A DNA stretch of 64,000 nt from an uncultured Acidobacteriota bacterium (GCA_963742105.1 CAVUKN010000007.1:514476-578475); one strand, 5' to 3'; shown: positions 54,126 to 63,924, counted from the stretch's first letter. Notes: generated by a model not told the origin, from the letters alone. Numbers and translations are program-made.

Positions 54126-54617
54126 TCAGTAGAAACCGATCCCCCGTCCCATGATTCCGACACCAGACCACAGCAGTACGGAGACGATTGCGACGATCTT
54201 GGCGGTTCCCGGACTGATCTGCTCGTCATCTTTGAAGATCAGCCAGCGGCGGACCGTGAACGTGAACACGATGGCCAGCAGCAGGAACACCATCTTGAGC
54301 TGGAATGCGAGGTTGACGTAGTACTTCGATGCCGCCAGCGATGCCATCAGCAGATAGCCCGTCAGCAGCATCATGAACAGGCTGCCAAGCAGAAACGGCT
54401 CGGCATCGCGCGCGATCTGCTTGACCGGCTGGCGCCGCAGTGTCCATCCGAGCAGCCGCAGGTCCACGATCAGCACGGCGCCGCCGATCACCGCCAGCGC
54501 CAGCAGGTGCACCGCCTCGATGGCCGCGAACTGCCAGATGGAATCGCGAATCATCGTGCCGTGACCGGTGTGTTCAATCCAGTCGAAGAAGCCGAACCAC
54601 GAGCGGGGAAAAATCAT
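54126..54617 (-). CDS. polytopic membrane protein of unknown function (paralog 1)
   Basis: 163 aa with 4 TM segments. Shares IESVH/IEAVHLL, LDLRLL...LRR.PV and F.LK....LL....N with the adjacent gene. Confidence 0.7.
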   Translation of the reverse strand: MIFPRSWFGFFDWIEHTGHGTMIRDSIWQFAAIEAVHLLALAVIGGAVLIVDLRLLGWTLRRQPVKQIARDAEPFLLGSLFMMLLTGYLLMASLAASKYYVNLAFQLKMVFLLLAIVFTFTVRRWLIFKDDEQISPGTAKIVAIVSVLLWSGVGIMGRGIGFY

Positions 54618-54627
54618 GAGTGCGCCT

Positions 54628-55140
54628 CTATTGAACGATCGGGTCGAACCAGTTGTAGGCGATGAACCGTCCGAACACGACGATGCACGCCCACAGGAAC
54701 AGCGAGACGTAACCGGCGGCCTTTGCCGACGGCGGAGACACCGGGCTGCTGTCCCACTCGATCAATCGCTTCCCTGCCGTGAAGAAATGGAAGATGGCGG
54801 CGTTGAGCCCGGCGAGCACCAGCGCGATCAGTTTGAGGCGGAAGAAGATGTTGCCGTAGAACCGGACCGGCTCCTCGTAGAACAGCAGCGCGCCGCTGAT
54901 GGCCATGATGACGAAACCGATGTTCGTCCAGGGCATCACCCGGGCCTGCACGTCAGAGACAGGCACGCGTCGCAACGTGACATTCAGGAGGCGGAGATCC
55001 CAGAGCAGGGCGAAGCCGAGGAAGAGACACAAGCCCAGGACGTGGACGGATTCGATTACCGGGTATGTCCACGTGGACTCGCGGATGCCTACGCTGGCAG
55101 GTGTCTCCTGCAGCCATCGAAAAAAACTCAATAAAGACAT
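54628..55140 (-). CDS. polytopic membrane protein of unknown function (paralog 2)
   Basis: 170 aa from ATG 55140. Same topology and motifs as 54126..54617, with a 10-nt gap between the two genes. Confidence 0.7.
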   Translation of the reverse strand: MSLLSFFRWLQETPASVGIRESTWTYPVIESVHVLGLCLFLGFALLWDLRLLNVTLRRVPVSDVQARVMPWTNIGFVIMAISGALLFYEEPVRFYGNIFFRLKLIALVLAGLNAAIFHFFTAGKRLIEWDSSPVSPPSAKAAGYVSLFLWACIVVFGRFIAYNWFDPIVQ

Positions 55141-55333
55141 TCGCCGGGAGGCCTCCAGATGGGACAACGGAAGTGTTGAGCCAACGGCCTTTGTAATCAA
55201 TAGGATGGCGGTGAGTCAAGCAGTGAAAGTTCGCGCGCGTCAAAAAAACACGCGGTCGATTTTCGATGCACCTGGCGGCGAACCCGGCAACCCGGTTCAA
55301 TTCTGCCGCGTTGGGAGGTAATCTCCACCCGCC

Positions 55334-56290
55334 ATGAGAATTGCTGCCATTGCCGTTGCCGTTGCTGTGCTGGGGGCGCCCGTCCTTGCCCAGCGCCCTT
55401 CCGATCCCGCCCTGATGGTGCCGCAGCAGGCGCCAGAGCTCGACATGACCGCCGTCCTCGATCCACTGCCGATTCCGCAGGGAATGACGATGGGGGCTCC
55501 GGCCGCGGTGGCATTCGATGCTCGCGGGCATCTGTACGTGCTGACCCGTGGCGCCCAGGCGTTCTGGGAATACGACGACAAGGGCGCCTTTGTCCGAACG
55601 TTCGGGGATCGATTCACCCGTGCCCATGGCCTGCGAATCGATCGTGAAGGCAACCTGTGGGCGACAGACGTCGGCGCCCACACGGTGATGAAGATCAATC
55701 CCGCCGGCGAGGTCCTCCTGACGATTGGCACCAAGGGTCAGGGCGGCGCCTGGAACGAAGCCGCCGGCACCCGACTGCTCAATCAGCCTAACGACGTCGC
55801 CATCGCAGCCAACGGCGATATCTTCGTGGCGCAAGGGCATACGCCGGGCGAAAACGGCGACGCACGGGTGCTGAAGTTCGACAAGACCGGCAAGTTCATC
55901 ACGCAGTGGGGTGGTCACGGCAAGGAACCGGGCAAGTTCGAAGTGGCACACTCGATCGCGTTCGACAGTGAGGGCCAGTTGTGGGTGGCCGATCGCGAGA
56001 ATCAGCGCATCCAGGTGTTCGACACCAACGGGAAATACGTCCGCGAGATGAAGTATGCCGGGCTGCCGTGCGCATTCGAGATCGGACGCGAGTACGTCTA
56101 CATGGTGAACGGCTTCGCGGCGCAGGTCCTGCGGCTCGATCTGAAGGGCAATGTGCTGGCGGCGACCGGCAAGTCCGGCAAAGGGGTCAACGAGTACGGC
56201 GAAGCGCACTTCGTGGCGGTGAGCCCGAAAGGCGAGCTCTACGTGGCCGACAGCGTCAACGCGTATCTGCAGAAGTACGTGCGCAAGTAG
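55334..56290 (+). CDS. secreted NHL-repeat six-bladed beta-propeller protein
   Basis: Signal peptide MRIAAIAVAVAVLGAPVLAQ. Repeated NHL-like blades (P.G.A.D..G.LYV.D, NQPNDVAIAANGDIFVA, VADRENQRIQVFD). Confidence 0.8.
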   Translation: MRIAAIAVAVAVLGAPVLAQRPSDPALMVPQQAPELDMTAVLDPLPIPQGMTMGAPAAVAFDARGHLYVLTRGAQAFWEYDDKGAFVRTFGDRFTRAHGLRIDREGNLWATDVGAHTVMKINPAGEVLLTIGTKGQGGAWNEAAGTRLLNQPNDVAIAANGDIFVAQGHTPGENGDARVLKFDKTGKFITQWGGHGKEPGKFEVAHSIAFDSEGQLWVADRENQRIQVFDTNGKYVREMKYAGLPCAFEIGREYVYMVNGFAAQVLRLDLKGNVLAATGKSGKGVNEYGEAHFVAVSPKGELYVADSVNAYLQKYVRK

Positions 56291-56330
56291 CTGGTAGCTG
56301 GTAGCTGGTAGCTGGTGGCTGGTGGCTAGC
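56288..56330. repeat. tandem GTAGCTG heptamers, family A
   Basis: tagctggtagctggtagctggtagctggtggctggtggctagc. The first TAG is the stop codon of the NHL gene. Confidence 0.8.
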
Positions 56331-56334
56331 GTAG

Positions 56335-56360
56335 GCCGGGCCTCGCGAAGCAGGCCCGGC
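56335..56360 (+). terminator. stem-loop gccgggcct-cgcgaagc-aggcccggc
   Basis: 9-bp perfect stem between the NHL gene and the esterase gene. No U-tract. AGGAGG for the esterase follows. Confidence 0.35.
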
Positions 56361-56374
56361 ATCAGGAGGCTCGA

Positions 56375-58018
56375 ATGAAACGATTGGTCGTGGGCGCGCT
56401 CGGATCCCTGCTGGTTGCCACCATCACGACGTCCGCGGCGGTGACGGATCCCGTGAAGATCGACAGCGGCCTTGTGTCAGGTGCGCCGGGAACGAACGCC
56501 TCGGTGCGTAGCTACAAGGGGATCCCCTTCGCCGCGGCGCCGACCGGCGAGAATCGCTGGCGTGCGCCACAACCGGTGGCGAAGTGGGATGGTGTTCGCA
56601 AGGCCGAAGCCTTCGGGGCGCCGTGCATCGCCGGACCGGCCCCGGCCGGCCGTGGCGGCGGCCGCGGCGCCGCGGCACCGCCGGCGGCAGCTGCACCTGC
56701 GGCGGCGCCGGCGCCGCGAGAACCGGCCCGCAGCGAAGATTGCCTCTATTTGAACGTCTGGACGAGTGCGAAGAACGCCACGGACAAGCGTCCGGTCATG
56801 ATGTGGATCTACGGCGGCGGCTTCACCGGCGGTTCCGGTGGGATGGCGTGGTACGACGGCGAGAACCTCGCGTCGAAGGGCCCGGTCATCGTCACGATGA
56901 ATTACCGGCTTGGTTCGCTCGGCTTCTTCGCGCATCCTGACCTGGCGAAGGAAGCAGGCCACAGCGGCTCGGGCAACTACGGAATGATGGACGCGATCGC
57001 CGCGTTGCAGTGGGTGAAGCGGAACATCGCCGCGTTCGGCGGCGATCCGAACAACGTCACCGTGGCCGGCGAATCGGCCGGCGCCATCATGGTCGGTGCG
57101 CTCGTCGGATCGCCGCAGGCGAAGGGTCTGTTCAATCGCGCCATCGCGCAGAGCGGCGGCTGGATGGGACTGACGATGGGCCGGATGCGGTCGTCGGCCG
57201 ACGCCGAAGCGGCCGGCGCCAAGGCGGTCGAGGCGATGGGCGTCAAATCGATCGCCGAACTCCGCGCCCGGCCGCTGGACCAGCTGACGGGACTTCCCGG
57301 GGGCGGCGGTCTCCTCGTCGATGGTTATCTCATTCCCGAAGACCTGTCGATCACCTTCCGGAACGGGAAGCAGAACGCGGTCGACGTCCTCACCGGATCG
57401 AACAAGGACGAAGCCAACTTCGGCCTCTGCCCCGGAGCCGGTCTGAACGGCCGCGGTGGTCCCGCATCGACAACGGTAGACGCGTTCAAGGCGAGCGCGC
57501 AGCGCAAGTTCGGCGATCAGGCGGACGCCTTTCTGAAGAACTACACGATCGCCTCTGATGCCGATGCCGCCAGGGCGGCGCACCAGGCGTGCGCGGACGA
57601 GATCAACTGGAACATGCGTCAGTGGGCGGCAGCGCAGGCCAGGCTGGGGAAGAAGGCGTATACCTACTTCTTTACGCAGATGCCGACGATCAACGGACAA
57701 CCGTCGCCGCAAGGGGCGACGCATACCGCGGAAATCTCCTACGCCTTCAACAACCCGAAAGGGCAGCCGACGCAGACGTGGAACGAGTTCGACACCAGGC
57801 TGGGCGACATGATGTCGTCGTACTGGGTGAACTTCATCACGAAGGGCGACCCGAACGGGAGCGGCTTGCGCCCCTGGCCGGCGTTCAAGGAACTCGACAA
57901 GAGCAAAGTGATGGTGCTCAGCGATGTTCCGAAGGCGGAGGACGTCGTCCCGGTTGCGAAGCTGAACGTGTTCGATGCGGCCTACGCGCGGCTCCTGTCT
58001 GCCAACAGCACGAACTGA
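56375..58018 (+). CDS. type B carboxylesterase/lipase family protein (secreted)
   Basis: EDCLYLNVWT, GESAGA nucleophile elbow, and overall carboxylesterase B sequence. Contains a Pro/Ala/Gly-Arg insertion of about 30 aa before EDCLYLN. Confidence 0.9.
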   Translation: MKRLVVGALGSLLVATITTSAAVTDPVKIDSGLVSGAPGTNASVRSYKGIPFAAAPTGENRWRAPQPVAKWDGVRKAEAFGAPCIAGPAPAGRGGGRGAAAPPAAAAPAAAPAPREPARSEDCLYLNVWTSAKNATDKRPVMMWIYGGGFTGGSGGMAWYDGENLASKGPVIVTMNYRLGSLGFFAHPDLAKEAGHSGSGNYGMMDAIAALQWVKRNIAAFGGDPNNVTVAGESAGAIMVGALVGSPQAKGLFNRAIAQSGGWMGLTMGRMRSSADAEAAGAKAVEAMGVKSIAELRARPLDQLTGLPGGGGLLVDGYLIPEDLSITFRNGKQNAVDVLTGSNKDEANFGLCPGAGLNGRGGPASTTVDAFKASAQRKFGDQADAFLKNYTIASDADAARAAHQACADEINWNMRQWAAAQARLGKKAYTYFFTQMPTINGQPSPQGATHTAEISYAFNNPKGQPTQTWNEFDTRLGDMMSSYWVNFITKGDPNGSGLRPWPAFKELDKSKVMVLSDVPKAEDVVPVAKLNVFDAAYARLLSANSTN

Positions 58019-58035
58019 TTCGTGAGGGACCGTTG

Positions 58036-58084
58036 GGCGGCCCTTCAGGGCCGCCTCGTGATCAGGCGGGGCTACAGCCCCGCC
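58036..58084 (+). terminator. two consecutive GC-rich stem-loops after the esterase gene
   Basis: ggcggccc-ttca-gggccgcc (58036-58055) and ggcgggg-ctacag-ccccgcc (58065-58084). No U-tract. Confidence 0.4.
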
Positions 58085-58124
58085 CGATGCCGTGGCCCTG
58101 AAGCCCCCGCCCGCGACCGCCGCG

Positions 58125-58130
58125 TATAAT
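58125..58130 (+). promoter_or_regulatory. perfect TATAAT hexamer 17 nt upstream of the PQQ dehydrogenase ATG
   Basis: cgcgTATAATgcgcc. No convincing -35 element. Pattern only. Confidence 0.2.
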
Positions 58131-58147
58131 GCGCCCATTCGCCCTAC

Positions 58148-60105
58148 ATGACTGAAGGACCTCAGACGATGCGCAGATTCGCCATCTCCTTTGTACTCGC
58201 GACGGCGGCCATCGGCTCGCTGGTCGCGCAGACGCGGCCGGTTCCCAAGCCCTACACCGCCTGGACCCAATACGCAGGTGGCAGCCACTCCTCGCAGTTC
58301 ACCGCGCTCGACCAGATCAACAAGGACACCGTCTCCAAGCTCGAAGTCGCGTGGACCTATCCCGTCGGCGAGCGGGCGGTGACGTTCAACCCGATCGTCG
58401 TCGACGGCGTGATGTATCTGCAGGCGAAGGGGAGCGCAATCGTCGCGCTTGACCCGGCAACCGGCAAGGAGCTCTGGGAGCGTCCGAACCAGGGCGCGAT
58501 CGGCGCGCGCGGGATCAACTACTGGCAGAGCGCGGACGGCAGCGATCGCCGGCTGATTTATCTGAACGGCGGGATGATCACGCAGATCAACGCGAAGACC
58601 GGCGAGCCGATCACGTCGTTCGGTGACAACGGCAAGATCGATTTGCGCAAGGCGCTGGTGCATCCAGAGTCGGCGACGCGTCCGCTGCAGACCAGCAATC
58701 CAGGCCGCGTCTACCAGAACCTGTTCATCATCTCGCTTGCCGGCCTCGGGCGCCGCCTACGAGTCGAACCCGGCGGACGTGCAGGCCTACGACATCCTCA
58801 CCGGCAAGCTGGCGTGGGTCTTCCACAGCATCCCGCGTCCCGGGCGAGTTCGGGTCGGACACCTGGCCGGCCGGCTTCACCGAGAACGCCGGCGGCGGCC
58901 ACAACTGGAGCGAGTTCACCGTCGACGACGAGAACGGGATTGTGTTCGTGCCGTTCGGCACGGCGCGTTACGACTTCTTCGGTGGCAACCGTGCCGGCAA
59001 CAACCTGTTCGCGAACAGCCTCGTCGCACTCGACGCGAAGACGGGACGCCGGTTGTGGCACTTCCAGACGATTCACCACGACCTGTGGGATTACGACCTG
59101 CCGCAGTCGCCGAAGCTGCTGACCATCCGTCAGAACGGACAGCCGGTTCAGGTCGTGGCGCAGGGCAGCAAGCAGGGCTTCCTCTACGTGTTCGAGCGCA
59201 AGACCGGCCGCCCGATCTTCCCGATCGAAGAGAAGCCGGTGCCGAAATCGGATCTTCCGGGTGAGCACGCGTCGCCGACGCAGCCGATTCCGACCAAGGT
59301 GAAGCCGTTCGCGCGCCAGTCGTTCACCGAGAAGGACGTCAACCCGTACCTGCCGAAGGACGAGCAGGAGGCGATCAAGGAAAAGCTGCGCGGGTACCGC
59401 ATGGAAGGCATCTACACGCCGCCCAGCCTGCAGGGCACGGTGGAGACGCCTGGCCACAACGGCGGCGCCAACTGGGGCAGCTCCGCGGTCGATCCGATCA
59501 AAGGCGAGTTCTACATCGTCACCAAGGAATCGCCGACCGTCCTGAAGATGCTGCCGGGCGCGCCGAATGGCGCGATGGGCGGCCCGGTTGCCGGCGGGCC
59601 GGCGGCGCCGACCACGGTGGGCCCGGACTACAACGGTCTCTATCGATCGCCGATCGATTTCTGGCTGACCAGCATGAACCTGTCGGCGATCGGCCCGCCA
59701 TGGTCGCAGCTCACCGCGTACGACCTGAACACCGGCGAGATCAAGTGGCAGGTGCCGAATGGCACCGTGGCGGGACTGCCGGAAATCCCGGAGTGGAAAG
59801 GCCCGACCGGCGCACACTGGCCCCGCGGCGGGCCGCTCGTGACCGGTGGCGGCCTGGTGTTCGTGGCAACCGGCTCCGACCGGAAATTCCGCGCCTACGA
59901 TCGCGACAACGGCAAAGTGGTGTGGACCACCGACATTCCGGCTTCGTCTGACGGTGTGCCGGCGAGCTATGACGTCAACGGCCGCCAGTTCATCGTCATT
60001 CCCGTTTCGGGGCTCGGATCGAATCCGGTCCGCGTCAACGGGCAGACGGTGATGAAGCAGGGACTGAACGGCTACGTCGCCTACGCATTGCCGGAGAAGA
60101 AGTAG
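58148..60105 (+). pseudogene. PQQ-dependent dehydrogenase (eight-bladed propeller), two +1 frameshifts (about 58739 and about 58840)
   Basis: One continuous quinoprotein sequence spans three frames. Segment 1: ...NPIVVDGVMYLQA...NLFIISL. Segment 2: PASGAAYESNPADVQAYDILTGKLAWVFHSIPRP. Segment 3: GEFGSDTWP...FVPFGTARYDFFGGNRAGNNLFANSLVALDAKTGRRLWHFQTIHHDLWDYD... Confidence 0.8.
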
Positions 60106-60132
60106 GACGGCGAAGGGCGAGGTCACTACATC

Positions 60133-60195
60133 GGCCACGAAGGCCACGAAGAACTGCTTCCATTTGATCCTTCGTGACCTTCGTGCGCTTCGTGG
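60133..60195. repeat. word hairpin, family D (second copy; GGCCACGAAGG words)
   Basis: ggccacgaaggccacgaagaac (60133-60154) is complementary to ccttcgtgaccttcgtgcgcttcgtgg (60169-60195). It lies between the two PQQ dehydrogenase genes, just upstream of AAGGAG and ATG 60211. Confidence 0.8.
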
Positions 60196-60210
60196 TTCAA
60201 GGAGACGAGC

Positions 60211-62397
60211 ATGAAGGCCTTCCGGGGGATTGCGCTGACGCTGCTTGTCGGCGTATCGGGCGCGATCATGACGGCGCAAGGCGGTGGCACGGGGAGCGCG
60301 CCGAAGATCGCGGACGGCGACTGGCCGAACTACAACCGCGACCTTGCCGCCACGCGCTACTCGCCACTGAAGCAGATCACCACGGAGAACGTCGCCACGC
60401 TGAAGCAGGCGTGGTCGGCGTCGATCACCGGCGGCACGCAGGTGCCCATCGTCATCAACGGTGTCATGTACGCGACCTCGGGCCCGCGCGTCGTTGCTCT
60501 CGATGCCGATACCGGCCAGGAAGTCTGGTCGTTCACGATCCCTCCACCTCCCGTCCTGCAGCGCCCTGCTCCAACGACCGCGGCTCCGGGCGCACCGCCG
60601 CCGGCAGTGGCCGGATCGCAGGCCGCACCGGCCGCAGCTCCTGGCGGCCCGGCGGCCGCACAGGCTGAAGCAGACGCGACCACGCCACCCATTCCGGCGG
60701 GACAGGGTGGCGGAGCGGCCGCGGCGCCGGCCGGCGCAGGTCGTGGCGGCGGACGCGGTGGTGGCGGTGCCGGGCGCGGCGGTGGCGCCGCGGGCGGTGC
60801 CCAGGCGCCCGGCGGTGGCGTCGCGCGCGGGCCGAACGCCTCGACGCGCGGTCTTGGCTACTGGCCTGGCGATGGCACGCTGGGGCCGCGGATCCTGTTC
60901 ATGGCCGGCACCGGCCTCTACGCGCTCGATGCCGCGACCGGCAAACCGTCGGAAGGCTTCGGTGAAAACGGGCGCGTGACCGTGACCCCCGGCTACGGTG
61001 GCACTCCGACGGTGTACCGCAACGTGGCGATCATCGGCGCGGCCTCGCTGGAGGTGCCCGAAGGCGATCCCGGGAACCCGCGGGCGTTCGACGTGCGGAC
61101 CGGCAAGAAGGTCTGGGAGTTCCAGACAGTTCCGCAGCCGGGCGAGAAGTTCAACGAGACCTGGCGCGATGTCGCCGACGAGCGGATGGCCCCCGGGCGG
61201 GGCTGGTATCACCGCGGCGGCACGAACATGTGGGCGTTCTCCGCGTCGATCGATGCCGAGCGCGGCATCGTGTACCTGCCGATCGCCGGACCCGCCGCCA
61301 ACTACTACGGAGGAGATCGTCCGGGAAACAATGTCTACGGCAACTCCGTGGTCGCGGTCGATGCCGAGACCGGTGCCTACAAGTGGCATTTCCAGACGGT
61401 CCACCACGATCTCTGGGATTCGGATACGCCATCGCCGGGCGGCCTGCTGACCGTACGCGTCAACGGCCGCACCATCCCGGCGATCGCGTCGGTCGGCAAG
61501 ACCAGCTACATGTTCATCCTCGATCGCACCACCGGCAAGCCGGTGTTCGGCGTCGAGGAGCGGCGAGTGCCAAAGGGCGATGTGCCGACCGAATGGTATT
61601 CGCCCACGCAGCCGTTTCCGGTCAAGCCGCGGCCGCTCAGCCGCGTGAGCTTCAAACCAGAAGACCTGGTGACGGCTGCCGACACGACGCCGGAGCACGC
61701 GGCCGCCTGCAAGGCGATGCTCGACGCGGCGGGTGGCTACCGCAACGACGGACCGTTCACGCCGTTCTACTTCAAGGAGAAGGACGCGCCACCGAAGTCC
61801 ACGATCCAGTTCCCCGGCGGCATCGGCGGGGTGAACTGGGGCGGCGTGGCGATCGATCCGACCACCGGGTACGTGTTCGTGCAGGCGCACGACACCTCGC
61901 TCGTCGGTTGGGTCGAGGTGAAGGAGGACGGCAACTACAGCTTCGACGCGCCCGGCTCGACGCAGGCCTACGATCGCGCCAGCGTCACCGGCAAAGGGCC
62001 GTTCGCCAGCTTCAACGCGCCGGTCAACGGCAAGAGCGGTGCGACGCTGCCCTGCCAGAAGGGACCGTGGGCCAAGCTCGTGGCGGTGAACGCCAACACC
62101 GGCGAGGTTGCGTGGGAATCGGTGCTTGGCCTCAACGAGTCGCTGCCCGAAGGCAAACAGCTGTCGGGTAATGCCGGCAGCGCCGGTCCGACGGTGACGG
62201 CTGGCGGTCTGGTGTTCATCGGCGCGACCAACGATCGCCGCTTCCGCGCGTTCGACTCGAAGTCGGGCAAGGAAATCTGGACAGCGCAGATTCCGGCGAA
62301 TGCGAATGCGAACCCGATGTCCTATCAGGGAAAGAGCGGGAAACAGTACGTGGCCATCGTCGCCGGCAACAACATGCTGGCGTACGCGTTGCCGTAG
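60211..62397 (+). CDS. PQQ-dependent dehydrogenase with a Pro/Ala/Gly-rich insertion of about 100 aa
   Basis: 728 aa. Signal peptide, DWPNYNRDLAATRYSPL, GDRPGNNVYGNSVVAVDAETGAYKWHFQTVHHDLWD and a paralogous relationship to 58148..60105. Low-complexity insert at about aa 111-212. Confidence 0.85.
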   Translation: MKAFRGIALTLLVGVSGAIMTAQGGGTGSAPKIADGDWPNYNRDLAATRYSPLKQITTENVATLKQAWSASITGGTQVPIVINGVMYATSGPRVVALDADTGQEVWSFTIPPPPVLQRPAPTTAAPGAPPPAVAGSQAAPAAAPGGPAAAQAEADATTPPIPAGQGGGAAAAPAGAGRGGGRGGGGAGRGGGAAGGAQAPGGGVARGPNASTRGLGYWPGDGTLGPRILFMAGTGLYALDAATGKPSEGFGENGRVTVTPGYGGTPTVYRNVAIIGAASLEVPEGDPGNPRAFDVRTGKKVWEFQTVPQPGEKFNETWRDVADERMAPGRGWYHRGGTNMWAFSASIDAERGIVYLPIAGPAANYYGGDRPGNNVYGNSVVAVDAETGAYKWHFQTVHHDLWDSDTPSPGGLLTVRVNGRTIPAIASVGKTSYMFILDRTTGKPVFGVEERRVPKGDVPTEWYSPTQPFPVKPRPLSRVSFKPEDLVTAADTTPEHAAACKAMLDAAGGYRNDGPFTPFYFKEKDAPPKSTIQFPGGIGGVNWGGVAIDPTTGYVFVQAHDTSLVGWVEVKEDGNYSFDAPGSTQAYDRASVTGKGPFASFNAPVNGKSGATLPCQKGPWAKLVAVNANTGEVAWESVLGLNESLPEGKQLSGNAGSAGPTVTAGGLVFIGATNDRRFRAFDSKSGKEIWTAQIPANANANPMSYQGKSGKQYVAIVAGNNMLAYALP

Positions 62398-62400
62398 CGG

Positions 62401-62493
62401 GAATCGTGAATGATGAATCGTGATTCATGAATGGGGTGCGGAGACGGTCGCCGTTCTCCGGATTCACGATTCACGATTCGCCATTCACGATTG
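62401..62493. repeat. word hairpin, family B (second copy) from the PQQ gene stop to the next ATG
   Basis: Left arm gaatcgtgaatgatgaatcgtgattcatgaatgg and right arm ggattcacgattcacgattcgccattcacgatt. The outer stem aatcgtgaatg / cattcacgatt is 11 bp and perfect. The centre cggagacgg...ccgttctccg is also palindromic. Confidence 0.85.
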
Positions 62494-62495
62494 AA

Positions 62496-63519
62496 ATGAG
62501 GTGTCTCGTGGACCGACTCGCGACTCGTCTCGTCTGCGCCGTCGTGGCGGTGGTGCTCGGATCCGCAACGCTGGTCATCGCGCAGGGCACACCGAAGAAC
62601 TATTCGCCGCCGCGGACGCCATGGGGCGATCCCGACCTGCAGGGCACGTGGCCCGGCACGGACCTCGTCGGCGTCCCGCTGCAGCGGGATCCGAAGTACG
62701 GCACGCGCAACCGCTTGACCGAGGAAGAATTTCTGGCGCGCGAGTCGCAGTTCGCGAAGCAGGAAGAAACCGACAACGCGGACTTCGATCCCGAGCACCC
62801 GGCGGGAAATCCCGGCGACGTGGGCAGTCCGACGTCGCCGCCGCCGCACTGGCTCGAGCGCGGTAAGCCGCAGTACATCGCATCGTTGATTGTCGATCCG
62901 CCGGACGGTCGCATGCCGCCGGCGACGCCGGAGTCGCAGCAACGCAACTGCCGCCGCCACCGCGGCGCGTCGTGGCCGCGGGCCAGCCGATTCTTACACC
63001 GATCGCAGTCTCTACGACCGCTGCATCACCCGCGGCGTGGCCGGTTCGATGCTGCCGGTGATCTACAACAATGGCAACGACATCGTGCAGGCGCCGGGCT
63101 ATGTTGTGCTGCGCAACGAGATGATCCACGAAGCACGTGTGGTCCCGCTCGACGGCCGGCCACACGCGGGTCGCGACGTCAGGATGTGGATGGGTGATTC
63201 ACGCGGCCACTGGGACGGCGACACGCTCGTGGTCGAAACCACCAACTTCGATCCGCGCACGTCGGGCGTCGGTCCCAACGGCGGCGGCCGCATCAGCGAG
63301 GACCTGAAGATCGTCGAGCGGATCACGCGGGTCTCGCCCGATCAGCTGATCTGGCGCATGACGTTCGACGATCCGAAGACGTGGACGCGCGCGTTCACCA
63401 TCGAGCTGCCGCTCCGGCGCGACGACACCTATGGCATGTTCGAGTATGCGTGCCACGAGGGGAACTACGCGTTGCGGAATATTCTCAGCGCGGCGCGAGC
63501 AGAGGAACGCGGCCGATAG
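62496..63519 (+). pseudogene. conserved-looking secreted hypothetical protein, +1 frameshift near 62949
   Basis: A signal/TM segment is followed by PRTPWGDPDLQGTWPG... in the frame of ORF 62427, up to ...PPATPESQQRN. It continues as AAATAARRGRGPADSYTDRSLYDRCITRG...FEYACHEGNYALRNIL in the frame of ORF 62890. Confidence 0.6.
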
Positions 63520-63522
63520 ACG

Positions 63523-63618
63523 CTAGCTGGTGGCCGGTAGCCGGTAGCAAGTTCCGGGTTCGGGCTTCGGGCTACGGGCTACTGAGCTACGAGCTACGAG
63601 CTAGCAGCTACCAGCTGC
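63523..63618. repeat. word repeat, family A plus GGGCT/GAGCTAC words
   Basis: ctagctggtggccggtagccggtagcaagttccgggttcgggcttcgggctacgggctactgagctacgagctacgagctagcagctaccagctgc fills the whole gap between the convergent 62496..63519 and PRC-barrel genes. Confidence 0.75.
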
Positions 63619-63924
63619 TCAGAAGATAAAGGCGTAGTTCGGCCAGGCCTCAGCCGGTGGCACGTCGAGCGAGTCGAGCGTCGGACCGCGCTTGATCTGA
63701 TCGCGCGTCAGGTCGACGTCGATCCGAAGCTTTCCCCAGTCCACCGTTCGCACGGCGCTGGGCGAGATGGCGACCCACTTTCCGCCGATCCAGTTGCTGG
63801 TATCGACGACCAGGTATTGCACCGCGAACGTACGCTCGTCCACGAGCACGTCGTCAACGTGCCCGATCTCTCCATCGACCGCATGAATGTGACACCCGCG
63901 AAGACGGCTGAGTCTGTGAAGCAT
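63619..63924 (-). CDS. PRC-barrel domain protein
   Basis: 101 aa. LRGCHIHAVDGEIGHVDDVLVDERTFAVQYLVVDT is typical of PRC-barrel proteins. Confidence 0.75.
   Translation of the reverse strand: MLHRLSRLRGCHIHAVDGEIGHVDDVLVDERTFAVQYLVVDTSNWIGGKWVAISPSAVRTVDWGKLRIDVDLTRDQIKRGPTLDSLDVPPAEAWPNYAFIF

Noticed and set aside
58798-61890. Very long antisense ORFs: 1030 aa at 58798..61890(-), 728 aa at 56477..58663(-), 716 aa at 45379..47529(-), 546 aa at 10930..12570(-), 425 aa at 16730..18007(-) and 419 aa at 24912..26171(-)
   Set aside because: They lie opposite genes with strong motif-level identity (PQQ dehydrogenase, esterase, addB, pepF, FAD oxidase, ahcY). Their translations are Arg/Pro/Gly/Ala-rich with no recognisable domains, as expected for shadow ORFs in high-GC DNA where stop codons are rare.
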